In this document: in pieces, positions 38,061 through 51,107 of the stretch | How the letters are laid out: each line of letters starts with the position of its first letter | How positions within the stretch are numbered: position 1 is the first letter of the stretch | Source of the DNA: Octopus bimaculoides | Taxonomy: Eukaryota | NCBI RefSeq assembly: GCF_001194135.2 | Contig: NC_068994.1 | Location: 56,959,849 to 57,020,229 of the forward strand | Length of the DNA stretch: 60,381 nt | Direction of reading: 5' to 3' | Notes under the pieces: generated by a model | Told to the model about the DNA's origin: nothing | Database searches by the model: none | What the model saw: the letters and a program-made list of their open reading frames with translations, nothing else | Program-made: the position numbers and the translations under genes

Positions 38061-38180
38061 CGTGTTCCCAAACACATGGTTCTGGGTTCCGTCACTCTGC
38101 GTGGCATCTTGCTTTTATCAATCAAAGTTTTGTGCGTTGATTCGGTGGAGGGAAACTGAAGGAAGCCGTCGTATATATAT
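38061..38180 (+). mobile_element. SINE family B, 5' arm with an internal deletion, running into a gap
   Basis: ttcccaaacacatggttctgggttccgtcactctgcgtggcatctt..tcaaagttttgtg..gattcggtggagggaaactgaaggaagccgtcgtatata. Confidence 0.75.
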
Positions 38181-38453
38181 NNNNNNNNNNNNNNNNNNNN
38201 NNNNNNNNNNNNNNNNNNNNNNNNNNNNNNNNNNNNNNNNNNNNNNNNNNNNNNNNNNNNNNNNNNNNNNNNNNNNNNNNNNNNNNNNNNNNNNNNNNNN
38301 NNNNNNNNNNNNNNNNNNNNNNNNNNNNNNNNNNNNNNNNNNNNNNNNNNNNNNNNNNNNNNNNNNNNNNNNNNNNNNNNNNNNNNNNNNNNNNNNNNNN
38401 NNNNNNNNNNNNNNNNNNNNNNNNNNNNNNNNNNNNNNNNNNNNNNNNNNNNN

Positions 38454-38535
<82 letters not shown>

Positions 38536-39230
38536 AATTGTAAATGTGAAGTACAAATATTTTTTTAATATCATTTCGAAATATATTCAAATTACTATGC
38601 TCTCTGGGGGATTTGCATCGTGAATGTTTGAAGGTCTGGATGGCTGTGGAAACAAAACATATTAAATTTTATTGTTATTCAATTTTGTTGTCTGTATGCA
38701 TACAAATCGATTGAATTGAATCTATTCGATGAAATAATAAAGCTCTCTTAAATCTTCTAAGAGAAGCCGACCAAAAATTAGAATTATTGAAATAATAAAC
38801 TAAATTATGTCGAGTAGACAGATGGGGGAAATCATCTGAATAAATAAATCTCTTAGTGTATTTTGTTATGACTGTGTATATTATTTGTATATGTAAAATA
38901 CTATTGAGTTGAAGATATAGACGTCTTTAGAAGAAGAAACTGGCCGTTGTCCTTAACAAAGCACAAGAAAGTAAAACGCAGATGCTTTTGTTTGTAAACT
39001 CAGGAAGAACAATTATTGCTTCAGGATAAAAGGCACAATCACTTTTTAGATTCATTAGTCCGGGTGGCTTCGACTGAAGAGTCACAACAATGTTGAAACA
39101 TCGGGTGTTCTGGTCTCCCCGTCCCCTTGTGCTAATGAAAAGTTGTTTCCCGATGATGTTCAACAGCGATATATCGCCAGTCACATGATCAACTAGTTAA
39201 GGTCAAGCAAAAGGCAAGCAAATCTAAGGT

Positions 39231-39282
39231 GAATCGTCAGCTTAAGGAGAATCGTCAGCTTAAGGAGAATCGTCTGCTTTAA
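39231..39282 (+). repeat. 18-bp tandem repeat GAATCGTCAGCTTAAGGA, about 2.9 copies
   Basis: Two perfect units (39231-39266) plus the degenerate gaatcgtctgctttaa. Confidence 0.92.
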
Positions 39283-39562
39283 ATTATCAGATGTTGTTTC
39301 TCTTAATCTAAAAACATAAGCCACAAATATAAGTATGTTTGTTTCTACCTGTTGTATTGTTATATTGTAAGAAGTAGACATTACTGCGAGAGACAGGTTA
39401 ATGGATATTATTGACATCACAGATAAGTTTTAGTAGCACAAGATATATTGCAGAGAATAGTTTTAATAATGCAATAGATTTTACTGAACGCCTCGCTACA
39501 CTGGATCAAAGAGAGGAGAGAAAGAGGGTGAGAGAGAGGAAGATACAGTTAAAGAAGGGGCA

Positions 39563-39605
<43 letters not shown>

Positions 39606-41649
39606 TTTCGTTGGGTGTTTTACTTGAGAACTAATAAAAAAAATATTAAAAAATAATTCTGCACATTGACTCGCATTCCACAAATAAAATCGAATAAAGT
39701 TACAACGAAATTTTGTGAATTATTTGCCGGGATTCACCATTTGAGATTCGTGATCTGATCCATTTATATAATAGTTCGTCCTGCTCGGTTTTAGGTTGGT
39801 GCGTCTTATTTCAACTCTGCCATATTCGACCCACAATTCTTTACTCTCGTTGTATCCACCTCCAACTCCTGCATAAATCACATTGCCCGTCGCACCCATT
39901 ACTGCTGTTGCATGGCAATGATTCGAGAAGAACATTAATAATATGAAGCTGGCTCGACTAGTAAGACCTGCATCGGCTATGGGTACTACCCCATCCTCCT
40001 GCCAGAGCTTTATCAGAGTTATATGTGATTGAAATACTCTTTAATTATAAAGTTCTATCGTTTTTGCTGTTATGAACTGTATCTTTATTACAGCTATGTG
40101 CATTGAGCTAAAAACACTTTAGTCTCTTGGTGGGAAATGCAATACGATGACCTACATACACGTAACATAAAACATGAACATTTCAGTTAGTAGATGGAAA
40201 CCCTGTCGCTATGGTCAAAGTCAAAGAGACAACTGGTGACTTTTGAACATGATTTTTCCATGGAAAATATATATTTGATTAATTTTCGTTTCTCTTTTCT
40301 TCTTCTTCTCTTGGCTGTAGAAAGGTTTTGAGTAAACAACATTAATTCAATATGATTTCATTTTTCTATCGATTTTTTATCTATAGCAGACACCTATTAA
40401 TTCCATTTAGCTTAGTCTACTTTTGTGCCAAACATTTTCTATACTGACTTTTACAAAATTGTTTTTACTAAGAGGTTATAGCCTTGGGCAGAAGAATAAC
40501 ATTTCCTAAATTTCTGATGGTTTTCTGATGCCAGTCGACTTGATTACGCGTAATGACTCATAATAGAAGCAGACGAATGAATTACATTTGATGCAAAGTA
40601 AAATTAGCCAATTATATGGTCATTTTCGAACTGTGATAACAAAATGGTAAAATACGAAGGAGATTTCCTCTCTATTTTTTTTTATCAATATTCTCATAAT
40701 TCTATATGATGCTAGATTCTAATTCTTAAGCAAATAATACAAAATTCGTTTGCCAAAATGTTAAAGTCTAACCTTAAACATTAAAAAGGAAGACGAAAGA
40801 CCATAACCTAAATTAATAATATAGAAAAAATGTAACAAAATATATTGAGTATAATAACATAGCAGTGCAGGCCACATCAAATTACAAGAACCTGTCACCA
40901 GTATGACATTACGTCAATAGACATTGAATAACTGGAATTTTATCTCTTATCTGAAGAGACCGAATCATAGACATTCCGCCAATAATACATTACTCTATAT
41001 TTATTTTAGCTGTTCGGCAAACACTGACGAATTGTATAGAGTCTATATTTTGCTGATGAAGCAAAAAAAAGAAAAGAAAAAGAAAAAGAAAAAGGAGAAC
41101 GGGAAAGATTAGGAACATATACGAATTATCTCAAGCAAAATTATTTCTGATGTTTTTTTACATCAAGTATACTAACACATATTGGACATACCTAAACATG
41201 CCTAAAAAAAATCAGACCTTAGAACGTCGTAAAAAAAAAAATAAAATGTCCGATTCTTCAAACGAACAAGAATCATATGGGATTCTTCACCAAATCGTAA
41301 AAATCTTCGCGATGCACGTTTCAAATGAATACCTACCAGTCAAATCCTTTCAGAAAAATATCTTGACAATTCGCAAACCAACAAAGCAACCGCAATGCCG
41401 TAGCTCAGCTTGTGAGAAATATAATACGTATTATGTGATGTATTTTTCAACTTCTTGTAAAAAAACGTGAGGATTATCACTGGAATGCGTTTCATCATGG
41501 GTCAGCTTGCTCATAGTCAGAAGCTACATAGCAACAACAATCTTAATTCTAATCGAAATGTCTATTCGCAATGAGAACTACGGGACCTTAAAGCTTCGAA
41601 TCTATGTATTCATGAAGGGTGATTTGTCCATACATACATAGATATATAC

Positions 41650-41880
41650 TGGCCCTCTGTTCCAGTAGATCCGTTCAACAGAACGGACAGGTCGTTAAAT
41701 TAACGTTTGGCTGAGATACAGGGAGATTCAACATACCATAGGATGTGACGATGCTGGTTATTTGAAATACAGGTAAGGCTGATTTTTGTATGCTGAGCGG
41801 ACTTGGACAACGTGAAATAAAGTGTTTTTGATTCAGGAAACAACGCACTGCCGGAAACAGAACTGACGACCTCACGATCA
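41650..41880 (-). mobile_element. SINE family C, same tail subtype as 54064
   Basis: Minus strand ..cactttatttcacgttgtccaagtccgctcagc..cctgtatttcaaataaccagcatcgtcaca..ttgaatctccctg..tctcagcca..gttaattt..cggatctactggaac aligns to 54064-54379. Confidence 0.72.
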
Positions 41881-41890
41881 TCTATTTATC

Positions 41891-41977
41891 ACTCTGGCCG
41901 AACCGCTAGTTTACGGGGTCGCAAACAAAACAATATCAGATGTCAAGTGATGGTGTGGGGAGAAACTCGCACACACA

Positions 41978-42049
<72 letters not shown>
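41891..42049 (-). mobile_element. SINE family B, 3'-arm fragment plus (CA)n
   Basis: ggccgaaccgctagtttacggggtcgcaaac..tgtcaagtgatggtgtggggagaaac(CA)n matches 35815-35890. Confidence 0.72.
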
Positions 42050-42051
<2 letters not shown>

Positions 42052-42671
42052 TATATACAGGGTGTTCAAAACCTCTCTGCGCAGTGAAATTGTGTAATAT
42101 TTACGTATGTAAGTATGTACATATATGTATGTACATATATGTATGTATATATGCATCTATGTTTATATGTACGTCATTATTTAGTTTTATTTCAAGACTT
42201 CCTGCCAATAGAGAAAGAGCCGGTTTCTAACCCAGATCCAAGGCTCCTTCATATGAATTTCAATAACATCAACAGGGTGTTTTTGTATGTATGTATGTAT
42301 GTATGTATGTATGTATGTGTATGTATTATGTACATACGTATGTATATAAAGTTGTGCAGAAGCGGGTATATTTATTAGATATTACCAATGTCAGGTGTTC
42401 ATATATATACCGTAGTATATTTCGTCGAAGCATATTATATATCTGACAATCTATCCACCTATACACACACACACATACACACACACAAAATCATGTGCGC
42501 ACACACACACTCACACTCAGACAAAAACGCGCGCATACACGAGCACATGCGCACATATACCAGTATATTGTATATTCACATAGATCACATCCATACACAT
42601 TTGTATTAGAGAGAGAGAGAGAGAGAGAGAGAGGGGAGAGAGAGAGAGAGAGAGATTGAAGAGATTAAGGG

Positions 42672-42706
<35 letters not shown>

Positions 42707-42930
42707 CGTGTGTAAGTGTGTATTTCTGTCTTCGTACACACGTTGTCATTATCAATCTTTCTCACACTTCAATATCATCCTGCTCATAATTCTTCCGGCC
42801 ATTCCTCGCAATATCTGCGATTTATTTCAGGTATTGAAATGTTAACATGTAGCATATTCCAGCGGAGATGATTGTCTGAGATTGGATGTTCGTGTGTGGT
42901 TTGTGTATATCTAATACACACAAAGCGAAC

Positions 42931-42965
<35 letters not shown>

Positions 42966-43251
42966 GGGTTGTGTAAGAGCAACTACGTAGACATAAAATT
43001 CATTGCACCTCGAACGAATATCTAGTCTTGTAATAAAGACGCTCATTGATAGAATATGCTTATATTTCGGATAATCCTCCACTGGAAACTGAATTACTCC
43101 TTCCAAAACTCGTTAAATAAGATACTTTAGTAGCGAATCAAGCGCTGGCACAAACCGTGACAGACCGAAAAAACTGCTGCACAGTTTGTCATGACGTTGC
43201 TGTTAATACAATGCTGGTGGGCGAGAGCCGAGACAAAACAAAAACGGGTGG

Positions 43252-43252
<1 letters not shown>

Positions 43253-43288
<36 letters not shown>

Positions 43289-43303
43289 ACTATCTATCTG
43301 TGC

Positions 43304-43351
<48 letters not shown>

Positions 43352-43449
43352 GGTTCTCAGCGAGTCAGTCTGTGTATTAAGCTATGTGTCTCTCTGTCTC
43401 TCTCTGTCAATGTTATGTATCTATAGATGTATGAGTCTGTACAGACACA

Positions 43450-43503
<54 letters not shown>

Positions 43504-43606
43504 CACACAAATCTGTGTGTGTATGTATGTGTGTGTGTATGTATATATACACAGGCACACATATGTATAGATATTGATAAAGAGAGAGACATATAGACAG
43601 GCGGCC

Positions 43607-43643
<37 letters not shown>

Positions 43644-43660
43644 ATCAACGACAGATTACT
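43253..43660. repeat. Symmetric microsatellite block (TATC)n(TGTC)n..(TA)n..(GA)n..(GATA)n
   Basis: Direct reading. Confidence 0.85.
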
Positions 43661-44064
43661 CAATGATAATATCCCTATTCATTGATGTAGATCGTACTAA
43701 TATTGTATGCTGTGAACCGAATTAAATCAATTGCTGAAGAAAATCGAAGACAAGACAAGGAACATATACTTCACGTTCAACCGAGAACAGTTATCTAATT
43801 ATACCGGTGAATTATTGCCTGATGATAGGAATAAATAAAATTTATAGTAACTAGAATGAGAAAAAAATTATTTAAGGTACGTTGGGGATAAATGTACGTT
43901 TTATTCAGAGATATATCTTTTCCCACTAAATTCTGGCGTCATTATTTATACATTGATTCCAGATTTGAATAGGAGTATTTTGGTGTATTCTTATTATAGG
44001 GCCCGACGATAAATTACTTTACTCGATTTATATCATATCTGTATTTCATATTTACTGGCATTTT

Positions 44065-44116
<52 letters not shown>

Positions 44117-47100
44117 NNNNNNNNNNNNNNNNNNNNNNNNNNNNNNNNNNNNNNNNNNNNNNNNNNNNNNNNNNNNNNNNNNNNNNNNNNNNNNNNNNNN
44201 NNNNNNNNNNNNNNNNNNNNNNNNNNNNNNNNNNNNNNNNNNNNNNNNNNNNNNNNNNNNNNNNNNNNNNNNNNNNNNNNNNNNNNNNNNNNNNNNNNNN
44301 NNNNNNNNNNNNNNNNNNNNNNNNNNNNNNNNNNNNNNNNNNNNNNNNNNNNNNNNNNNNNNNNNNNNNNNNNNNNNNNNNNNNNNNNNNNNNNNNNNNN
44401 NNNNNNNNNNNNNNNNNNNNNNNNNNNNNNNNNNNNNNNNNNNNNNNNNNNNNNNNNNNNNNNNNNNNNNNNNNNNNNNNNNNNNNNNNNNNNNNNNNNN
44501 NNNNNNNNNNNNNNNNNNNNNNNNNNNNNNNNNNNNNNNNNNNNNNNNNNNNNNNNNNNNNNNNNNNNNNNNNNNNNNNNNNNNNNNNNNNNNNNNNNNN
44601 NNNNNNNNNNNNNNNNNNNNNNNNNNNNNNNNNNNNNNNNNNNNNNNNNNNNNNNNNNNNNNNNNNNNNNNNNNNNNNNNNNNNNNNNNNNNNNNNNNNN
44701 NNNNNNNNNNNNNNNNNNNNNNNNNNNNNNNNNNNNNNNNNNNNNNNNNNNNNNNNNNNNNNNNNNNNNNNNNNNNNNNNNNNNNNNNNNNNNNNNNNNN
44801 NNNNNNNNNNNNNNNNNNNNNNNNNNNNNNNNNNNNNNNNNNNNNNNNNNNNNNNNNNNNNNNNNNNNNNNNNNNNNNNNNNNNNNNNNNNNNNNNNNNN
44901 NNNNNNNNNNNNNNNNNNNNNNNNNNNNNNNNNNNNNNNNNNNNNNNNNNNNNNNNNNNNNNNNNNNNNNNNNNNNNNNNNNNNNNNNNNNNNNNNNNNN
45001 NNNNNNNNNNNNNNNNNNNTATATATATACATGTATGTATACATGCACGTATGTATTTTAGGAATTTGTGTGTACTTATATATTTCAATACAAATACATG
45101 CATATATGTGTGTGTATGTATATATATATATATATATATATGTCTATTTTTGCATTTATGTATATATGTATGTACATATGCGTGTATGTTTGCAGGTATG
45201 TGTGTATGTATGTATTCACGCATTTATACGTTCTCCCGAAACCGCTGTTGTGCGCTCATTCATGCACAGATTCCCATCCCATATACATTGCAGGCTGCAA
45301 TCTGAGGCTACAGTTCCTGCCTTATGCAATTCTTACATAATGCCTATTGTCAGGTCTCCTGGTTTACAATTCATATCCTGCTTTTAGCGTATCTAGATCT
45401 GGAAACTATTTAGAAACTTTATGCTTACTTTGGGAATGAAACAAATGTTTTTGAGAATGTAAAGAGGTGTTTCTCATTCAGTGATAAAAGAGGCGTCACA
45501 GATATTTGACTAGTTAAATAATCTCCTTTTGGTTACAGATTTTTCTATTTCAGAAACGAAACTAAACGGTGAGTTATATAAGAAGGCTGATAAATATAGA
45601 GAGAGGAAGGTAAAAGGGACACAGATCGATGTAACCGACTTAATCTCTTTGTCCTTGTTTGTCCCCTCTATGTTTAGCCTCTTGTGGGCAATAAAGAAAT
45701 ATATATATTCTTTATATATATNNNNNNNNNNNNNNNNNNNNNNNNNNNNNNNNNNNNNNNNNNNNNNNNNNNNNNNNNNNNNNNNNNNNNNNNNNNNNNN
45801 NNNNNNNNNNNNNNNNNNNNNNNNNNNNNNNNNNNNNNNNNNNNNNNNNNNNNNNNNNNNNNNNNNNNNNNNNNNNNNNNNNNNNNNNNNNNNNNNNNNN
45901 NNNNNNNNNNNNNNNNNNNNNNNNNNNNNNNNNNNNNNNNNNNNNNNNNNNNNNNNNNNNNNNNNNNNNNNNNNNNNNNNNNNNNNNNNNNNNNNNNNNN
46001 NNNNNNNNNNNNNNNNNNNNNNNNNNNNNNNNNNNNNNNNNNNNNNNNNNNNNNNNNNNNNNNNNNNNNNNNNNNNNNNNNNNNNNNNNNNNNNNNNNNN
46101 NNNNNNNNNNNNNNNNNNNNNNNNNNNNNNNNNNNNNNNNNNNNNNNNNNNNNNNNNNNNNNNNNNNNNNNNNNNNNNNNNNNNNNNNNNNNNNNNNNNN
46201 NNNNNNNNNNNNNNNNNNNNNNNNNNNNNNNNNNNNNNNNNNNNNNNNNNNNNNNNNNNNNNNNNNNNNNNNNNNNNNGCAAATGAAGACCGAAACATAT
46301 GACCATATATATATACACACACACTTTACTTCACACAAGGACACATATGGAGACACATGTCCGTATATATGGAGATGCACATCCATAAATACAAACATGG
46401 TTCATAGTTGCAAAACGCACACACACACACTCAGACACGCACACACAAGGAGACAGAGGTACACACATACATATATACAAACACACATGCACTTGCATAA
46501 AAACACACAAACATGAATATGCAGAATACATACATACAAATGTACACACATAAATAGATACATATGCACACACACATGCATACATACATGCATGCATTCA
46601 TGTATAGGCCCACACACACGCCCACACACACACTGACACACACACATGCGCACAAACGAACAAAAAGGAACCCAGTGTGAGTAACGGACAGAGTCAAAAC
46701 TATTGAAAAGGTTGCAAGACGCAAGGAAAATTTTAGGAAAATAAAAATAAGGAATAAGTGGAAATTTTACCGGTGAGTGTGTTAAATTATAAGGCATAAA
46801 AAGAGAATGACTCTCCCCAGACACAACAGAATATGCTTCAACACACGAACTCACATAAAGAATCTTGCAAACCAAATCCAAAAATGAAATGTATATATAT
46901 ATTAATATATACAAACACACGCCCACCTACATATATATAAACACACACACATATATGTATGTAAACATATGTGCGTTTGTGTGTGTGCGTAGTACGTGTG
47001 TGTATGTGTATATGTGTGGCGCGCATGTGTGTGTGAGGCGCGCATGTGTGTGTGTGGCGTGCATGTGTGTGTTGTTTCGCTTTAAAAATATACCCATGAG

Positions 47101-47313
47101 TGCTTTTTCCGTAACCTGAGAAATCGACGTTATATAACTCGGTATATTTAATCAGTATTACTTCATTATTGGTAAGTTTCCTGTAAGAGAATTCGAAATC
47201 GGATTTATATCTATTGCTATGGACATTTTGTTTCGTTTACGTAGTAAAATTCTTAGAAAAATTCTGACAGTCACAATATTTGTTTTATTCTAAGAAACAC
47301 ATTCAATCATCGC

Positions 47314-47390
47314 TGAAAGCAGATTGAAAGTAGATTGAAATTAGACTGAAAGCCGTCTGAAAGCAGACTCAAAGAAGGCGGAAAGCAATT
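47314..47390 (+). repeat. 11-bp minisatellite, 7 degenerate units, consensus TGAAAGCAGAY
   Basis: tgaaagcagat/tgaaagtagat/tgaaattagac/tgaaagccgtc/tgaaagcagac/tcaaagaaggc/ggaaagcaatt. Confidence 0.85.
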
Positions 47391-48110
47391 CATTGAATCT
47401 TAATAAATACATTAGAAATGAGTGCTGTCCAATCCAATCCAATTCACAGTCGCAGACATTAATGTATGACTACGAAGTATGGTTTGCAATCACGTGATTT
47501 CAGATTTGATCCCAGTTGTTATCCATTGAGCAACTAGTTTCTGTTACAGTCACAGAAGTGACTAGAGAACCACCACTAGATGGAATTCATGTAGAAATCT
47601 GTCGAAATGAGCGTTGCTCTTTTCTTTGAGTAGTAAGACATTCATTCGTCGCCTGGTTAAAAGGAAGAAACTGAGCCTCGTCTGCTTTTATCGGGGCTCA
47701 GTGTTCAGTATGCTTCCATTATTCGGACAAGGTTTCTGTTCTCGAGTAACTACCACTTTTCCAGTCTCAAGCAGAGGAGGTCATCGAAAAATTCCTTGGT
47801 TGCTCTGTTACTGAAAATCATGTTCATGTGTTCCAGATTAGATTGTTCAGACACGCACACACTCACATATATATGTGTGTGTGTATATATATATATATNN
47901 NNNNNNNNNNNNNNNNNNNNNNNNNNNNNNNNNNNNNNNNNNNNNNNNNNNNNNNNNNNNNNNNNNNNNNNNNNNNNNNNNNNNNNNNNNNNNNNNNNNN
48001 NNNNNNNNNNNNNNNNNNNNNNNNNNNNNNNNNNNNNNNNNNNNNNNNNNNNNNATGTATATACATATGAATATTCATATATATATATAAATATATATAT
48101 GTATGAAACT

Positions 48111-48203
48111 TAAAAGGAAGTACCGGGGTCGAATTGTTCGACTTAACCCTTCAAAGTGGTGCTCCAGCATGAGCGTGGTTCAATGGCTGAAACAATGTAA
48201 AAA
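48111..48203 (+). mobile_element. SINE family B, 3'-end fragment
   Basis: aagtaccggggtcgaattgttcgacttaacccttcaaagtggtgctccagcatgagcgtggttcaatggctgaaacaatgtaaaa. Confidence 0.75.
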
Positions 48204-48728
48204 AAATTTAAAGGAAAGATGAATTATTACATTTCATAACTACCCGTTTCGTTAACGATAAATTATCACATCCCATAGCCACCCGTTTCATTCTAACTGA
48301 CGCCAACACACAAATACGTCACCAAACCAACGATATTAACACTTGCCTCGATACGATCGTCTGTTAACACCCAGCTACGGCTATCAGTTGGCAAACGATT
48401 CCACAACTTTCTTGGTACCAATTATTATCCAAGCGCACTAATTGAACAATGAAGAATGTAGAAACACTGTTACTCTCTTCAGAAAAGCACACAAAAAAAA
48501 TGAGTTTTGCAAAGAAAGAGAATCACCGCTTTTAGAAGTCAACAACAACGCAATGATCAACATAAACACAGCAATCAGCCAAATAATTAGAGACGTACCA
48601 ACAAAATATACCCTCCGTAAGGCAACATAAAAAGACAAACAATGAAATTAAACACCAGAAATACCCAACGACATAAAAAAACAGAACACTCAGAGACAAT
48701 CACAAGTATCGAAATAATACTCAGTACC

Positions 48729-48810
48729 AAGGAAGGAAGGAAGGAAGGAGGGAAGGAAGGAAGGAAGGAAGGAAGGAAGGAAGGAAGGAAGGAAGGAAGG
48801 AAGGAAGGAA
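48729..48810. repeat. (GGAA)n microsatellite
   Basis: Direct reading. Confidence 0.95.
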
Positions 48811-50703
48811 CTTTAAATATAATGTAACTTTAAATCATCGTAAAAAGAACAGAAACCTGGCAATTATTGAATGAAACAAAAATACCAGAGTAAAAGTACA
48901 ATATACAGAGTAATTAGTATTCTGTATGGGAAGAAAACTAGTGATGTCACAGCCTATGTAATGATTACAAGCATAAGTTATATGACCACACTGCAGCATG
49001 AAACAAGCACGTTCGACACGCACTTCTCAAGAATCAGCCACCAGTTACCACACATGCAAAAATGCCCCATGATAAAAAAAACGGTAGATAGATCTGATTT
49101 TGGCAAAACTCAGTTTTGATAATTTGGAAGCCCTCACCATTACGGAAATAATGTTTAAATATTAGTTATTGGTTTAGAAACCCAAGACCATTAATCAGAA
49201 ATTAATAGATTATAAATTCGTTCCAAGAGAAGTCTTTAGGATATAATCTTTAAATAACCCAAAGAAAAATTTTAATTCACAATGTAGCGAGTGAACTTTA
49301 TATCCCATGTCAGAATGAACCCATCGTCTCGATATAAACCTCACTATGAATCATTGAACTTATGTAATAAGTATAAAATATAAAGGCTGAGAAGCTCACA
49401 AATGTCGGCAGGAATTAGGTTACTAACCTTAACATTAAATTAATTAGTGTCGCTCTTCCTTACTGGTAGAATATTATCAAAACTTGTTCGGACAAACGGA
49501 AGTTGATGCGAGCTACGCAACCCACTTAGTATGGCAACGTATATCTGTGAATACTCTAAGAAAGTTGCGTTCTTTATGTTTACACGGATACATTTGCGTA
49601 CATAGAAATATACATACATGTATGTCCACAAACACACACACAAATGCACTCGGACATACGCCACACAGATATATATATATATATATATNNNNNNNNNNNN
49701 NNNNNNNNNNNNNNNNNNNNNNNNNNNNNNNNNNNNNNNNNNNNNNNNNNNNNNNNNNNNNNNNNNNNNNNNNNNNNNNNNNNNNNNNNNNNNNNNNNNN
49801 NNNNNNNNNNNNNNNNNNNNNNNNNNNNNNNNNNNNNNNNNNNNNNNNNNNNNNNNNNNNNNNNNNNNNNNNNNNNNNNNNNNNNNNNNNNNNNNNNNNN
49901 NNNNNNNNNNNNNNNNNNNNNNNNNNNNNNNNNNNNNNNNNNNNNNNNNNNNNNNNNNNNNNNNNNNNNNNNNNNNNNNNNNNNNNNNNNNNNNNNNNNN
50001 NNNNNNNNNNNNNNNNNNNNNNNNNNNNNNNNNNNNNNNNNNNNNNNNNNNNNNNNNNNNNNNNNNNNNNNNNNNNNNNNNNNNNNNNNNNNNNNNNNNN
50101 NNNNNNNNNNNNNNNNNNNNNNNNNNNNNNNNNNNNNNNNNNNNNNNNNNNNNNNNNNNNNNNNNNNNNNNNNNNNNNNNNNNNNNNNNNNNNNNNNNNN
50201 NNNNNNNNNNNNNNNNNNNNNNNNNNNNNNNNNNNNNNNNNNNNNNNNNNNNNNNNNNNNNNNNNNNNNNNNNNNNNNNNNNNNNNNNNNNNNNNNNNNN
50301 NNNNNNNNNNNNNNNNNNNNNNNNNNNNNNNNNNNNNNNNNNNNNNNNNNNNNNNNNNNNNNNNNNNNNNNNNNNNNNNNNNNNNNNNNNNNNNNNNNNN
50401 NNNNNNNNNNNNNNNNNNNNNNNNNNNNNNNNNNNNNNNNNNNNNNNNNNNNNNNNNNNNNNNNNNNNNNNNNNNNNNNNNNNNNNNNNNNNNNNNNNNN
50501 NNNNNNNNNNNNNNNNNNNNNNNNNNNNNNNNNNNNNNNNNNNNNNNNNNNNNNNNNNNNNNNGTAAAAATCATAAGATAATGATAATATACATATATAT
50601 ATATGTATGTATGTATATATGTATGTATGTATGTATGAGAGAGTGTGGGTGAGAGGCAGAAAGGTGGTAGTTATATGGCTATATTATAGCACAGGAAAGC
50701 AAT

Positions 50704-50733
50704 GACAATATTGATAATGATGTCAATGATGAC

Positions 50734-50785
<52 letters not shown>

Positions 50786-51070
50786 GTCATTATTATCAGG
50801 AAGTGTATCATGATAGTGGAGATAACATCGGTGAAGACGATGTTATATGCGAGATAACGATCACAAATATAACGATAATAGCCGTGAAACCATTGACCAC
50901 ATGAAGGATGATGATGATGGTGATGATGATGGCGATGATGATGATGGTGATGATGATGACGACGACGATGGTGATGATGACAGCGGCGGCGGTGGTGGTG
51001 GTGCTGGTGCTGATGCTGGTGTAGAGGTTTACGACGATACTACTTATGAGGATATTGATGATGATGATGG

Positions 51071-51107
<37 letters not shown>

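Noticed and set aside
47314-47390. CRISPR-like array (also considered for the 18-bp and 28-bp repeats)
   Set aside because: The units are contiguous tandem repeats without unique spacers, there are no cas genes, and the context is eukaryotic.
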